Shown piece by piece: positions 20,287-30,667 of a DNA stretch of 54,503 nucleotides. Position 1 is the stretch's first letter, and each line of letters starts with the position of its first letter. Below the pieces are notes generated by a model, which was not told where the DNA came from, made no database searches, and saw nothing but the letters and a program-made list of their open reading frames with translations. The stretch comes from an uncultured virus (IMG/VR IMGVR_UViG_3300013006_001224) (Duplodnaviria; Heunggongvirae; Uroviricota; Caudoviricetes). The stretch lies in IMG/VR virus record IMGVR_UViG_3300013006_001224; one strand, given 5' to 3'. Position numbers and translations under genes: made by a program.

Positions 20287-22161
20287 TTAAGGTCTAATTA
20301 CTCTACCCTTAATATCATTATCAGGATATTTAATTTCAAAAATACATGGATCTAAACTAGGATATAATATTCCGTTTCTAGTAGCTAACTCAATGTTATA
20401 AACATTTCCAGAATAGCCACTATGGGTATCATATAAATTAGTAAATTCTAATTTAGGAATACTTTGAACGCCGTCTAATCTATCTAATTCACTTACGATG
20501 TTTGATATGTTAATTGACCCGTTAATTTGCATACGGTCATTATCGAATAAAGTTTTGAGTTTATTAATACATTGTAATAATACTTCATTACTATTAAAAT
20601 TAGGCCTAGGAATAACTTCAAACTCAATACCTAAATTAACAATATACGCAGTTTTTAAATTAATGCCGTCAGTCAATATACGATAATTAGATAGGTATGT
20701 ACGTAAATTTTCTAGCAATGCTGTATTACCTGGTACAAGATTTTTATTGTTATCATATGACAATACATATACATTTAATGCCAATGGATTTGGAATAGTT
20801 TCTCGCGGATATGTAATATCATATGCATTAACTTGCGAGTCAGCTACAACATACGCTTTGGCAACTGATCCATATTTAGCTGGCATTGAATAGCAACGTA
20901 CAATATAATCTTCTCTTGTTATAGCTCTATTTTGTGCTGCAAATGACGCCATGGCATTTTGACGAATACTTTCTTGTTCATCACGAGCCTTACCACCGAC
21001 TGCTGGCAACGCATTGTTTACAGCCACCGATGATTTTACAAACGTTAAATCAACGTCATTGATTTCCGTTACATATTCTACAGCATCTACTACTGTTAAT
21101 ACATTTGAAGATATATTATCATTGATGCCGCCACCTACACTATACCGTACGGTTAATGTTGTATTGTATGGAACTAGACCGTACGTACTAGTATATAAAA
21201 AGTTACTAGGATCAATATTTGAGTTAGTAGTACGTTCTAAATACTCTAATCCTAAACCTACGTTTTTTGGATTAGGAATAATTTCTTCATCTGCATCCGA
21301 ACTAATACCTGATCCAAATTGAATTTCAGTACGATAATCACCTCGTACACGTGTTACAAATCTACGTGGTGTTTTACGTAGTTTTAAAATATACGGTACG
21401 GTACTTCTATACACGGCCATATCTGGGTCATTATATGGAATGTTCGCAATATCTTCAAACACCGTATCCTGTGCTAGATAATCTGTTTGATACCAAGTAT
21501 TTCCTTCAGCATCAACTACATCGATAATATCTAATACATTAGTTTCTGGTAATGATATTTTATCATATGCCTTAGGCTCACTAAACGTAAAATCAGTTGT
21601 TATAACTTCGCCACTAACAGCACTAACGTATTTTTTTAAAAGGTAAAATAAAACGTTACCGTTATTGTCTAACTCATATACGGATATCTCTGTAGGATTA
21701 TCTGCCGTATTAGCACTAAAATCAACAGGTTCTACTGTACGAAATTTAGTAGTACCCGTCGTGGTACTTAACTGCATCCCAGCTTTAATGGATAATGCAT
21801 ATCTATAATCAGGTTGTGCATTAACACCGCTACCTATAGATGGTACTAACTGATATACTTCAACAGTTACTGTCGCTGGCGAATTTAACTTTGGCTTATA
21901 CCCAAATAATTGCGATAGTATTAAAACATTAGCATCTTCATGTGCAGTTTTAAGTAACGACTCCCTAAACGACTGATCCGTATAATATGACAATACATCA
22001 CCTACATACGATGCCATTTCAATAAACATCATACCAGGAGACGATTCATTAAAATCACTATATGTATTAGGAAAATATTGGCGTGTAAAATTTATAAGAT
22101 TTTGTCTAAATTGTGCAAAATCTTTATTTAAATACTTTACATCCTTTTTAACTAATTCCAT
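20287..22161 (-). CDS. Baseplate wedge subunit (T4 gp6 / baseplate-J-like)
   Basis: YLNKDF..F...L.......FP....DF.ESS.GMM..E..SYVGDVLSYY.D; I.FG.G; QNRAITREDY. Confidence 0.88.
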   Translation of the reverse strand: MELVKKDVKYLNKDFAQFRQNLINFTRQYFPNTYSDFNESSPGMMFIEMASYVGDVLSYYTDQSFRESLLKTAHEDANVLILSQLFGYKPKLNSPATVTVEVYQLVPSIGSGVNAQPDYRYALSIKAGMQLSTTTGTTKFRTVEPVDFSANTADNPTEISVYELDNNGNVLFYLLKKYVSAVSGEVITTDFTFSEPKAYDKISLPETNVLDIIDVVDAEGNTWYQTDYLAQDTVFEDIANIPYNDPDMAVYRSTVPYILKLRKTPRRFVTRVRGDYRTEIQFGSGISSDADEEIIPNPKNVGLGLEYLERTTNSNIDPSNFLYTSTYGLVPYNTTLTVRYSVGGGINDNISSNVLTVVDAVEYVTEINDVDLTFVKSSVAVNNALPAVGGKARDEQESIRQNAMASFAAQNRAITREDYIVRCYSMPAKYGSVAKAYVVADSQVNAYDITYPRETIPNPLALNVYVLSYDNNKNLVPGNTALLENLRTYLSNYRILTDGINLKTAYIVNLGIEFEVIPRPNFNSNEVLLQCINKLKTLFDNDRMQINGSINISNIVSELDRLDGVQSIPKLEFTNLYDTHSGYSGNVYNIELATRNGILYPSLDPCIFEIKYPDNDIKGRVIRP

Positions 22162-22700
22162 TAAAAGCTCCCAACTTGAGTTAATACTAACGGTGTAATA
22201 TCATTATTATTTATAGGAATAACTTGTATAGTATTCTCAGACAACAGTACATTGATAACACGTTCTGCCGGAAAATTAGTGACTCTATATATAATCTTTA
22301 CTGAAAATATATGGCGGTCGACGTTACGGCTAATATCTAAATCTACTAGTTCAATATACGGTACCCAACGCGCTATAGCACTACGTAATGAATCATCTAC
22401 AGCGCCAACAAGATCTTCAGTGTTCTGTTCAAATAATGTATGGCGTAATGTAGTTCCAAATTCTGGTTGCATATATCGTTCACCTACTTCAGTCATAACT
22501 AAATTAATTAAATTACTAGTCGACTGTTCTTCTGTAGTTTTTGACATATTAAATAACGTACCGCCATTAGATGCGACCGAATTATATACTGATGTACTAG
22601 TTTGTCCTGCGGCTGCACGGTTAAACGGTAGTTTAATACCGATAGTACGATCTGGAAATAAATTGATCGGCTGATATCTATATATTGGTCTATTAGACAT
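22161..22700 (-). CDS. Baseplate wedge subunit, gp25-like
   Basis: NLINLVMTEVGERYMQPEFGT.L...LFE...I.RWVPYI. Confidence 0.88.
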   Translation of the reverse strand: MSNRPIYRYQPINLFPDRTIGIKLPFNRAAAGQTSTSVYNSVASNGGTLFNMSKTTEEQSTSNLINLVMTEVGERYMQPEFGTTLRHTLFEQNTEDLVGAVDDSLRSAIARWVPYIELVDLDISRNVDRHIFSVKIIYRVTNFPAERVINVLLSENTIQVIPINNNDITPLVLTQVGSF

Positions 22701-23170
22701 TAACGCATACCTTTCTTCTTATCAATCGCTTTCATTAACGCCGAATAATCTTTTGTCATGGCATTAACAACATTCGCTACATTTTCATTTCGTACGTTTA
22801 CCGGAGCTCCGTTTATATCTTGCAAAGGAGCTACAGCTGGAGTAGCAAACGACATATCAGGTCCAGCTGATCTCATTCCGCCGAACGCTTGTGCCATTTC
22901 ACTTTTAAAGTCCATTGTAGCCCATTCATCTTGAATCAATGGCGAGGCCGCTGTCTCATTTAATAAGTCGTTTAACATAGGATCTTTAACAAATGTTTTC
23001 GGCTTACTAGGTTTAACTGCTTGTTCTGACATTCGAATGCCATGGTCAATAATTTGTTTAGGTGCAACACGTTGTTCATTTAATACACGTTTCATTTCCG
23101 TACGAACTGCTGTCTGTACTTCTTCGCGAATGAGTTTACGTAAAGCATTAAAAAATGATTTTGTTTCCAT
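22700..23170 (-). CDS. Hypothetical protein carrying an 'LIREEV...LNE' leader
   Basis: LRKLIREEVQTAVRTEMKRVLNE; DPMLNDLLNETA; MTKDYSALMK; late motif upstream. Confidence 0.6.
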   Translation of the reverse strand: METKSFFNALRKLIREEVQTAVRTEMKRVLNEQRVAPKQIIDHGIRMSEQAVKPSKPKTFVKDPMLNDLLNETAASPLIQDEWATMDFKSEMAQAFGGMRSAGPDMSFATPAVAPLQDINGAPVNVRNENVANVVNAMTKDYSALMKAIDKKKGMR

Positions 23171-23197
23171 AATAATTTCTATTTTTATATAAATATG

Positions 23198-24274
23198 TTA
23201 CTGCTTTAAAGTTGCAAGTATAGCAGTGATATTAGCCAATTCAGAAGTAATATTAGTTAAATTACCGATGGCAGATGTAGCTACAGGAGAAAGAATTACA
23301 GCGCCAGGAATTCCAAGTGCAATATCAGCAGTTGCACTAGCAGCTAATGCAGTTGTTAATGTAGTGACTTGTACTGTTAAACTTGTCAATTGAGTTTGTA
23401 TACTTTCAATCTGAGTAAAAAACTTATCCATATCCACTGCCCATTTCGGCGTAGCAATGTTAACAGTACTTTTACTAACTAAAGTGATATCATCTTTACG
23501 TGAATTTAAAAATATACGATCAGATGATATAATAGCTTGAGCGTTAGAATATGTTCCAGGTTTTACCCCAGTGCCTATTCGTGTTTGCGCGGGAGTTATT
23601 GAAATATTCTGGTCTGTTGTTAAGTATAATAAACTTTTATCAGTGTCCGGTTTTTCAATATTATAATATTCACTACTATCAGATAAACCAGCAGTAAACA
23701 TTAGTATAGGATTGTTAGTTTTACTTCCTTTCCATGGTGGATTACTTACAAAATAATTTGAATTACCTTTTGTAATGTTAGATGAAAATCTAATAGCACT
23801 GCCATATCTGGAACTTATAAGTTTATCGCCTTCATATGGTTGAAGTGGTCGTATATCTTGTTCGGTATGTGATAGATATTCCGGCGTTACCTTCGGGCCG
23901 TTAGAAGCTATACCTATTGTATTATAATTACTAGCGCCAGCAGTTACTTGCGTAAATGCATTAAAAAACGGTATACTATTAGTATTAACAGTGTTATGAA
24001 AATTAATTATCTTAGTATAAAATAACTTAACACTGTATAATGAACTCATATCATTTACATAGATTGTAACTAGTTCGCCTTTTAACGGCGTAACGATATC
24101 TGTTAGATCTAATGGCATAGCGTAAACATCAACCGGCGCGCGTGACGCTACTTGGCTGCGAATCCGTATTTTAATTGTACCTTGCGGATATTCCGTACCA
24201 GTAACTTTATCAGTAAATGGAGCGTAGCTAAATGTGGTATCAATAACTTCAGCTAACGATAATACAGATGCCAT
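23198..24274 (-). CDS. Baseplate hub/central spike-like protein (gp5-like)
   Basis: N-terminal OB-like PLKGELV, PYEGD...SRYGSAIRF, IISSDRIFLNSR beta-repeat region; lies just upstream of gp25/gp6. Confidence 0.55.
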   Translation of the reverse strand: MASVLSLAEVIDTTFSYAPFTDKVTGTEYPQGTIKIRIRSQVASRAPVDVYAMPLDLTDIVTPLKGELVTIYVNDMSSLYSVKLFYTKIINFHNTVNTNSIPFFNAFTQVTAGASNYNTIGIASNGPKVTPEYLSHTEQDIRPLQPYEGDKLISSRYGSAIRFSSNITKGNSNYFVSNPPWKGSKTNNPILMFTAGLSDSSEYYNIEKPDTDKSLLYLTTDQNISITPAQTRIGTGVKPGTYSNAQAIISSDRIFLNSRKDDITLVSKSTVNIATPKWAVDMDKFFTQIESIQTQLTSLTVQVTTLTTALAASATADIALGIPGAVILSPVATSAIGNLTNITSELANITAILATLKQ

Positions 24275-24648
24275 TACTTATCCTTTATCACAGAATCAGC
24301 AGCTTTAATAGCCTTTACCTCGCTTTCAGCTTCTTGAATTAATTGCTTGCGTTCTTCATCCGAAAGACCAAATTCATTGCCATCATCTTCGCCTTTACTG
24401 CTAGCGGAAACTAAACGTTGTACAATTGAAGCTAATTTAACTAAAGCGTCGTCGTTCTTTACAGACACTTCTAAGTACTCTGCAATCAATGGTACAATAA
24501 CTGTAGCATCACCTGCATTCTTTACTAACGGTTGTAGTTCTTGTATTAACGTATCAATTTGTCGTGACTTCTTTTTAGAATTGTGATAGACATCACGCAT
24601 CAGATCGGAAAACGATGTTCCTTTAAATAGTTCGTAGTCTGCACTCAT
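24274..24648 (-). CDS. Conserved helical hypothetical protein
   Basis: 124 aa ORF, late motif upstream, translationally coupled to the next gene. Confidence 0.55.
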   Translation of the reverse strand: MSADYELFKGTSFSDLMRDVYHNSKKKSRQIDTLIQELQPLVKNAGDATVIVPLIAEYLEVSVKNDDALVKLASIVQRLVSASSKGEDDGNEFGLSDEERKQLIQEAESEVKAIKAADSVIKDK

Positions 24649-24676
24649 ATAAACCCTTTAAATATAAATATAAGGG

Positions 24677-25447
24677 CTATAGTTTATTGTCGTTAAAACG
24701 TCCGGTCTTTTGATAGACCGAAAACATTTTAACAAAATCATTACGCATGACAGTCAATACTTTTGTAATATTCTGAGTCTTAAGACCCGTACGTTCACGT
24801 ACTAAAATATATAAAGCCTTTTTATTAAAGTCTTCGATATTTTCACGTATACGAAATAACTCAAGGACAGTGTCCGCAACAATTAAATCTTTACGTGTAC
24901 TAAAGATAGCAGTTGCATTCTTATCATACCAATCCGCCCATAAGTCTACAAAGTCTTTCAGGGATTCTTGATAGGAGGAAATACTTACTTCTGACATTAA
25001 ATCGCGAGATTCATCAATTAATGATGTATCTACTTTTCGTTTAAATTTAGCATAGTTAGTATTATTTTGTATGATTAAATAGTTTTTAGCTACAATACTA
25101 AAATAACTAAATGCTTTACCTTTACCTTCGGTAAATTTATGTATCTTCTCATTAAGAAAAGCTACCACTTCACATTTAATATCTTCGTATGGAATATCAA
25201 AATATGAAAATTTAAAGGTATGATATATGTTTTCAACTAACTTATTAAATGGATAATCTATATATTCACGATAAATTTTATTACGTAAATATTGATCTGT
25301 TTCCTTATTATAAGCTACAATAGCTCGTTCCGTTGTAATTGTAAAGTATTGTTTATCACTAACCTTTCTACCTCGTTTACTTACAACAACAGCTGCAGCA
25401 TCTGCTTCGGCTTGTATCTGTTGATAAAATTCTTCTACTGGCGTCAT
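24677..25447 (-). CDS. Phage RNA polymerase sigma factor (gp55-like late sigma candidate)
   Basis: YFT..TE.AIV.YN...F.KLVENI...KF..GKGKAFSYFSIVAKNYLI resembles sigma region 2. Confidence 0.72.
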   Translation of the reverse strand: MTPVEEFYQQIQAEADAAAVVVSKRGRKVSDKQYFTITTERAIVAYNKETDQYLRNKIYREYIDYPFNKLVENIYHTFKFSYFDIPYEDIKCEVVAFLNEKIHKFTEGKGKAFSYFSIVAKNYLIIQNNTNYAKFKRKVDTSLIDESRDLMSEVSISSYQESLKDFVDLWADWYDKNATAIFSTRKDLIVADTVLELFRIRENIEDFNKKALYILVRERTGLKTQNITKVLTVMRNDFVKMFSVYQKTGRFNDNKL

Positions 25448-25773
25448 TCAAAATCTCCATTCAATTGACCAACAATATCTTTAAGTTCTTTAAAGACATA
25501 TCCAGTCTCATCATCAGATTCAAATGAACCTAAACGATCGATATTTTTCATTCGTGAATAAGCTTCACCGGTTTTAGATTTCAAGTTATTATAAAATGTA
25601 TAGTAATCTAAATTAGATTGCTCTAAGTCAGTTACATATTCTTCTAACGCCTCTGCCTTACGCAATAAATTAAATATAACAAACACACATCCAATAAGTA
25701 GTGCCGATAAACATATAATTGTAATTAACATATTAGTCCTTAAATAAGTCGTTAAATAATTTTGATGCATCAA
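25444..25773 (-). CDS. Single-TM membrane protein with coiled coil
   Basis: Hydrophobic N-terminal helix; the true start is probably MLITII. Confidence 0.55.
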   Translation of the reverse strand: MMHQNYLTTYLRTNMLITIICLSALLIGCVFVIFNLLRKAEALEEYVTDLEQSNLDYYTFYNNLKSKTGEAYSRMKNIDRLGSFESDDETGYVFKELKDIVGQLNGDFE

Positions 25774-26485
25774 TTGCCGACAGATCTGATTTTGTAGTCG
25801 CCTTTGGTTTTGATGCTATCGGCTTTGCAATTGCGGCTGAACCATTAGCCCAACGTTCGTATTCAATACGTGCTGCCATATGGTCTGCATGATGTAAAAT
25901 TAAAGCTAAGTTATTTCTCATCTTAGCATCGGCACTTCTAGCAATGTAATAAGGTTTATTAGCGTCATCATAAAGACCATCATGTATACGAATACCTAAA
26001 TATTCATTCCATGACACTTGTATTCCGAAGTGTTGCAAGTTCCATAAACTTAAATCCGGTACCATGGTAAATGGATTAGTTGGATTATGTTTATACATCT
26101 TACCTTGATTCTTTCTATGCCACTCCGAGTCATTAGGAATATAAATCTCACCACCGGGAGTAGGAAATCCTGCTTTACCTAAATCATGGTGCATAGCAGC
26201 AAACATTAATTCTTCCTTAGTAAAGCCGTCAATGCTAGCACCAGACGCTTCCCAACTGTCTAATAACGTTACCGCACAATCCATAACACGAAGTACATGA
26301 TCTACATATCCACCTTCGAAGGCATTATGAAAATGATCGATACTTGATGCAGGCATCATAATCATTCTATCTTCAAATGTATCGTACATTTTATTTAGAG
26401 CATCCTTACGTGTAGGGAAATACTCATTTACACGCTTACGATATTCAATCCAATTGTCGTGTATCTTTTCTGCTGTTAAACTCAT
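25733..26485 (-). CDS. HD-domain phosphohydrolase (YhaM-like)
   Basis: PAS...HNAFEGGYVDH, HHDLGK, IHDG, HHADH. Confidence 0.85.
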   Translation of the reverse strand: MSLTAEKIHDNWIEYRKRVNEYFPTRKDALNKMYDTFEDRMIMMPASSIDHFHNAFEGGYVDHVLRVMDCAVTLLDSWEASGASIDGFTKEELMFAAMHHDLGKAGFPTPGGEIYIPNDSEWHRKNQGKMYKHNPTNPFTMVPDLSLWNLQHFGIQVSWNEYLGIRIHDGLYDDANKPYYIARSADAKMRNNLALILHHADHMAARIEYERWANGSAAIAKPIASKPKATTKSDLSAIDASKLFNDLFKD

Positions 26486-26489
26486 AGTA

Positions 26490-27107
26490 TTAAATTATTT
26501 CGTCAATTATTCCAAATTCTAATAACTGATTTGCTGTTAGAAACAAATCTGTTTTCTGTTGCTGTCTCCACCATTCAGCTGGTTTCTTAGTACGTTTTGC
26601 TAAAACATCGCAAACATCATCTTCAATTAATTTTAGATTGTTAATGTAAGCTGTCATGTCACTCATCTTAACTCCATCCAAGTAACTACTTGATTCATGG
26701 AACATTACACATGAACGTTTACTAACCATTCTAGTACCGGTACCACATGCTAATATTACAGCAGCTGCTGAAAATGCTCTGCCACGGCAAATTGTATTTA
26801 CTTTAATATCTAAAGTTTCAATATAATCGATAATACCTAACATATCATATACATCACCTCCATTAGAGTTGATAATTAAATTGATAGGATCTGTATTACC
26901 TTCTTCTCTATTATTTAAGATAGCACGTATCTTAATCATTAAGTCAACTAAAGTAGTTCCAGTAACATCATCATTAAGATAAATTACTGAATCATTAAAG
27001 TCAATTAATGTTGTTAATTGTTCTGTAACCTCTGTATAAAGGCTTGTAGTCTCTTTATCATCCTTGATAACCGACTTTTTCGTATTGTTTTCTTCGTATA
27101 TACTCAT
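26490..27107 (-). CDS. clpP: ClpP-like serine protease
   Basis: PINLIINSNGGDV, G.AFSAAA (catalytic Ser), VMFHE (His), DLFLTA..LEFGIIDEI. Confidence 0.88.
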   Translation of the reverse strand: MSIYEENNTKKSVIKDDKETTSLYTEVTEQLTTLIDFNDSVIYLNDDVTGTTLVDLMIKIRAILNNREEGNTDPINLIINSNGGDVYDMLGIIDYIETLDIKVNTICRGRAFSAAAVILACGTGTRMVSKRSCVMFHESSSYLDGVKMSDMTAYINNLKLIEDDVCDVLAKRTKKPAEWWRQQQKTDLFLTANQLLEFGIIDEII

Positions 27108-27115
27108 AACTGTTC

Positions 27116-27147
27116 TTAATATAAGGTAGTTTTATTGATTTACCTAA
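27116..27147 (-). promoter_or_regulatory. Early-type promoter upstream of clpP (variant)
   Basis: TTAATATAAG + 17 nt + CCTAA. Confidence 0.6.
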
Positions 27148-27660
27148 TTATTTGTTAACTTTGTTCAATTGACGTTCTAACTTCTTCATCTTCGATTGAT
27201 GGCCTTTAATCTCCGTTTTCTTTCCAGATTTAAGTATCTGTCCACGTAAAAAGACTATTTGACCTAAAATTTGTTCTTTAAGATCAGCCTTTTCCTGTTT
27301 AGTTAACTTCTTTTTACCCTCAGTTGGCTCTATCTTAGTAACAGCCCTAGTTCCTTTAAGTTTAGGTTGTTCTATACCCTTAAGGAATACATTGCCATCG
27401 GCATCAACAAACTCAACCATGAACTGCCATCCACGTGGACGCCCTTTAGATACATATCCATTACGTATCTCAGGTGCGCCTGCTATCTTAGCAGTACATG
27501 ACGTACACAATACCGCGGTAGTTATTTCTCCCACTTCAGACCATTGATTACAAATATTGCCTTTCCAATACTTGCCATCTGAAATACTATTTCGGCAAAT
27601 CATATATCGTTTGCCATTGCGTTGTTTAGTCTCAAAAAGAGTTTTTATTTTTTCTGCCAT
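27148..27660 (-). CDS. Hypothetical Cys-containing basic protein
   Basis: 170 aa, CxxC, GRPRGWQFM; promoter for clpP lies just downstream. Confidence 0.55.
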   Translation of the reverse strand: MAEKIKTLFETKQRNGKRYMICRNSISDGKYWKGNICNQWSEVGEITTAVLCTSCTAKIAGAPEIRNGYVSKGRPRGWQFMVEFVDADGNVFLKGIEQPKLKGTRAVTKIEPTEGKKKLTKQEKADLKEQILGQIVFLRGQILKSGKKTEIKGHQSKMKKLERQLNKVNK

Positions 27661-27676
27661 AAATTTATTTGTTTAA

Positions 27677-28741
27677 TTACGCCCAATATGCTCTAGCACG
27701 TGGCGGCGGCTTAGCCGGTGTATTAACGGGGACTTCTGGTTTATCTTCTACAGGTTTATCTTCGTAGATATCTTCCGGTTCAATCTCTTCTTCCTCTACA
27801 ATATCTTCTTCTACAACAACATCTTCTTCTACAACAACATCTTCTTCTACAACAACATCTTCGATATCTACATGTTCATATGCTCCATCCGGGCCTATTT
27901 GAAAATCATCTGATATATACGGTATGCTTTCGTTATGATCTTTTTGTTTTTTTTCAAATGCCATGTTTGCTGCTACTACTAATGCAATTGCCAATGGGTC
28001 GAATACAAATATAATAAGTAACAAGAACCAGTTGATAACTGTATCCATACTCTTACCGGTTAGATTACTTAAGTACTTTAAAGGGCCTAATTCTCCGGCT
28101 AATTGTGCATTTGATTCTATATCTAATATACGCATATCTAATGCCGTTAGGCTATCACTAACACCGGTTAATTTTATATCTAAAAGATCCTTACTAGCCA
28201 TTGCATTTGTCAATTGAGTTTCAAATGTTTTACGGTTAGCCTCATTAGCTCTAGTAACTAATTGACCGGTATTTCTATCAACTGTTTGGGTCGTACTTCC
28301 ATTGGCTAACGCTGTACGTAGCTGTGATATATCATTATCTAAACGTTGTTTCTCTGTTGCATATTCTACTTTTGATTGCTCAAATCTAGTACGTTTAGTT
28401 TTAATAGTTTCAATTTGCTTTTCAACTACACCGGACTTATTAGCAGTATCTTGATATGCACTAGACAAATAACCGTATATACCACCACTAGTAATAAGCA
28501 TTAATATAGTTATAGCCCCTACCAAATATACCCGTAACACTTTGTTTATTGTTTCCCAGTACTGATATAATAAAGATGCAATAACTAATTTAGCAAATTC
28601 TAAACTACTTGCCATTACGATAACTTGTGTACTAGCTCCAGCAAACAATTTACTCAATCCATAGACTGAATAAAACGCTGCTGATGCTGATACTGCAAAT
28701 GCACTAAGTGCAATTATATACGGAAATATTTTTGATCTCAT
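27677..28741 (-). CDS. Membrane protein with three N-terminal TM helices, coiled coil, a fourth TM and an acidic tail
   Basis: Hydrophobic helices, SLEFAKL, ITSGGIYGYLS, IIFVFDPLAI. Confidence 0.7.
   Translation of the reverse strand: MRSKIFPYIIALSAFAVSASAAFYSVYGLSKLFAGASTQVIVMASSLEFAKLVIASLLYQYWETINKVLRVYLVGAITILMLITSGGIYGYLSSAYQDTANKSGVVEKQIETIKTKRTRFEQSKVEYATEKQRLDNDISQLRTALANGSTTQTVDRNTGQLVTRANEANRKTFETQLTNAMASKDLLDIKLTGVSDSLTALDMRILDIESNAQLAGELGPLKYLSNLTGKSMDTVINWFLLLIIFVFDPLAIALVVAANMAFEKKQKDHNESIPYISDDFQIGPDGAYEHVDIEDVVVEEDVVVEEDVVVEEDIVEEEEIEPEDIYEDKPVEDKPEVPVNTPAKPPPRARAYWA
27803..27862. repeat. 18-bp tandem repeat (3 perfect copies plus partial) encoding VVEEDV
   Basis: ATCTTCTTCTACAACAAC at 27803, 27821 and 27839, in frame within 27677-28741. 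Confidence 0.95.
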
Positions 28742-28911
28742 TAGCTAATTTCTATACGATCCATTGCAAATCTAATTCGGCTGCGAATTTCGTTTAAGCG
28801 TCTAATAGCTTCATTGGTATCGACAGATTTCCTTTCAGCTAAATCAATTAAAATCATGGCCATATTATCAGCCTCATCTAATCTACGTAATACATTGTCT
28901 TTGTCTTTCAT
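28741..28911 (-). CDS. Small helical hypothetical protein (56 aa)
   Basis: Read manually: MKDKDNVLRRLDEADNMAMILIDLAERK...RFAMDRIEIS. Abuts both neighbours; late motif at 28940. Confidence 0.6.
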   Translation of the reverse strand: MKDKDNVLRRLDEADNMAMILIDLAERKSVDTNEAIRRLNEIRSRIRFAMDRIEIS

Positions 28912-29960
28912 ATTAAAACCTTTTGTTGATTATTATAATTATAAATATTTCTCCACTTTAAAAGTGCTAATTCTTTGGCTTTTGCTTCGATCATAATATC
29001 GACCTCATAGCCATATGTATTGATAGGATGAATAATATAATCGGCATGTGCCGTTATTTTAATCTTATCAAAGTCTTTTTTATATTGGGCAAATGTCGGC
29101 CAAGTAAGTAATTCGGTCAATGGAATATTATGTTGGGCACTAACCTGTTCTAACATCAATTGATACTCCGTACGGCGTGATTCGCTATAATGGCAACATT
29201 GTATAATACCTGTCGGCCATGTACTACGAGCCATTTCAAATGCTTCTTGTTCGGATAAACTACCTGGATGTAAACTATGATGAAAATAGTCAAAGGTAAT
29301 AGGAATACCAATATTCTGATGAATGAACGAGTATAGCATAGATACACTATACATACTAGGCTTGTCATCATTTTCAAGTACTAAACGTGCCTTGCAACGA
29401 TCCGACAATCGTTCCCAATTTTTCATCCAAGTATAAGCAGTACCCTCAGGGTCACCATAAACGCCACCGACATGAATGTTAATTTTATTTTCATATGAAG
29501 GAGCAAAACCCATCATATCAAACATCTCAGAATGTCGTTCTAAGCTAGTAATGCTCTTGTTAACTACATCTTCGCGAGAACCGCCTAAGATATGGAACGG
29601 CCCTGGATGTGTAGTAAGTCTATGACCATGTGCCCTAGCAAACTCGCCGCATTCGAAAAGTATTCTACTAATCTCATCATAGCCTGGTAATGTATGTAAT
29701 TCATAATGATCAGCCCATGGTATCAATTCAGACCCTATACGAAATAAACGAATGTTATTCTCTTCGTTCCACTTAAGGATATGCAAAAGATCTTTTGCAT
29801 TAAGAATAGCAATATCGCTAAGTTTCTTAAGGTCGTTATTAGGAAACCATGACTCTTTGCGTACCCCACGCCCGGTAAGGATACGACCACCTAACTTGTT
29901 AGGACGGGCTGCCAATGTATTATTGATACATGCATACCCTAAACGTACTTTTTTATTCAT
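28908..29960 (-). CDS. uvsE: UV damage endonuclease UvsE/UvdE
   Basis: RLGYACIN, IRLFRIGS, RLTTHPG, INIHVGG, RLVLENDD, IPITFDYFHH, HYSES, AHADYI, DIMIEAKAKE. Confidence 0.95.
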   Translation of the reverse strand: MNKKVRLGYACINNTLAARPNKLGGRILTGRGVRKESWFPNNDLKKLSDIAILNAKDLLHILKWNEENNIRLFRIGSELIPWADHYELHTLPGYDEISRILFECGEFARAHGHRLTTHPGPFHILGGSREDVVNKSITSLERHSEMFDMMGFAPSYENKINIHVGGVYGDPEGTAYTWMKNWERLSDRCKARLVLENDDKPSMYSVSMLYSFIHQNIGIPITFDYFHHSLHPGSLSEQEAFEMARSTWPTGIIQCCHYSESRRTEYQLMLEQVSAQHNIPLTELLTWPTFAQYKKDFDKIKITAHADYIIHPINTYGYEVDIMIEAKAKELALLKWRNIYNYNNQQKVLI

Positions 29961-29964
29961 GTCT

Positions 29965-29996
29965 TAAAGATAAGGACATTGATTCACATTTCCTAA
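29965..29996 (-). promoter_or_regulatory. Early-type promoter upstream of uvsE
   Basis: TAAAGATAAG + 17 nt + CCTAA. Confidence 0.75.
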
Positions 29997-30212
29997 TTAT
30001 TCTTCAGAAATGTTTTCTTCTTCGGTAATTTCAGTAAATTCAATATCTGTAACAGAATCGCAAAAATAAAATCTACCATCCTTGCGAAGTAATGTATCAC
30101 ATCGATACAGTTCTTTAAGTAGATTTAAATCAGATCCATCCTTCAACGTAGACTCTTTAATAGTTCGTTTTAAGACCAGCATACGACCCTGGAATTCTAT
30201 TATTTGATTCAT
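29997..30212 (-). CDS. Hypothetical protein
   Basis: 71 aa ORF in the co-directional gene string. Confidence 0.55.
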   Translation of the reverse strand: MNQIIEFQGRMLVLKRTIKESTLKDGSDLNLLKELYRCDTLLRKDGRFYFCDSVTDIEFTEITEEENISEE

Positions 30213-30256
30213 TGTAAACTAGTTATAATCGTTCTTATATAAAGGAATTTGGGGCG

Positions 30257-30667
30257 TTAATTCTCGCATAATGGTTGATTAACTCCCAATATACGGTATG
30301 CTTTAAAGTATTTATAGAAATCGAAATCTGACTTCTTGATATACGGTACCGTTGCTAATATGGTACCATCATGGTTCATTTTCTTAATGAAATGTCGTAT
30401 TACACGTATACTATCAGAATTAAATGTAATTATATCGTCATAGTTAGAAATACATAGACGATACGGTCCTACCATTAGATCTTGTATCTTAACTTGTACT
30501 ATACGAGCATGTTCTAGACGTGTATGAAGCTGTTCTATTTGTTTACTATTAGCAGCTTCCTTACCTACAGTTAGAATATCATATAAATACTCAATCTTAT
30601 CAGTAGGATCTAATCCTATAAATAAATCAAAGTCATCTTCGGATATTTTAATGTTTTGTAGAGCCAT
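30257..30667 (-). CDS. Hypothetical protein
   Basis: 136 aa ORF. Confidence 0.55.
   Translation of the reverse strand: MALQNIKISEDDFDLFIGLDPTDKIEYLYDILTVGKEAANSKQIEQLHTRLEHARIVQVKIQDLMVGPYRLCISNYDDIITFNSDSIRVIRHFIKKMNHDGTILATVPYIKKSDFDFYKYFKAYRILGVNQPLCEN

Noticed and set aside
26490..27107. ClpP as the protease that removes the leaders
   Set aside because: It is under an early-type promoter and away from head genes; cleavage after E is characteristic of gp21-type proteases. Not excluded, but unsupported.
27803..27862. 18-bp repeats as CRISPR
   Set aside because: Contiguous with no spacers; a coding VNTR.
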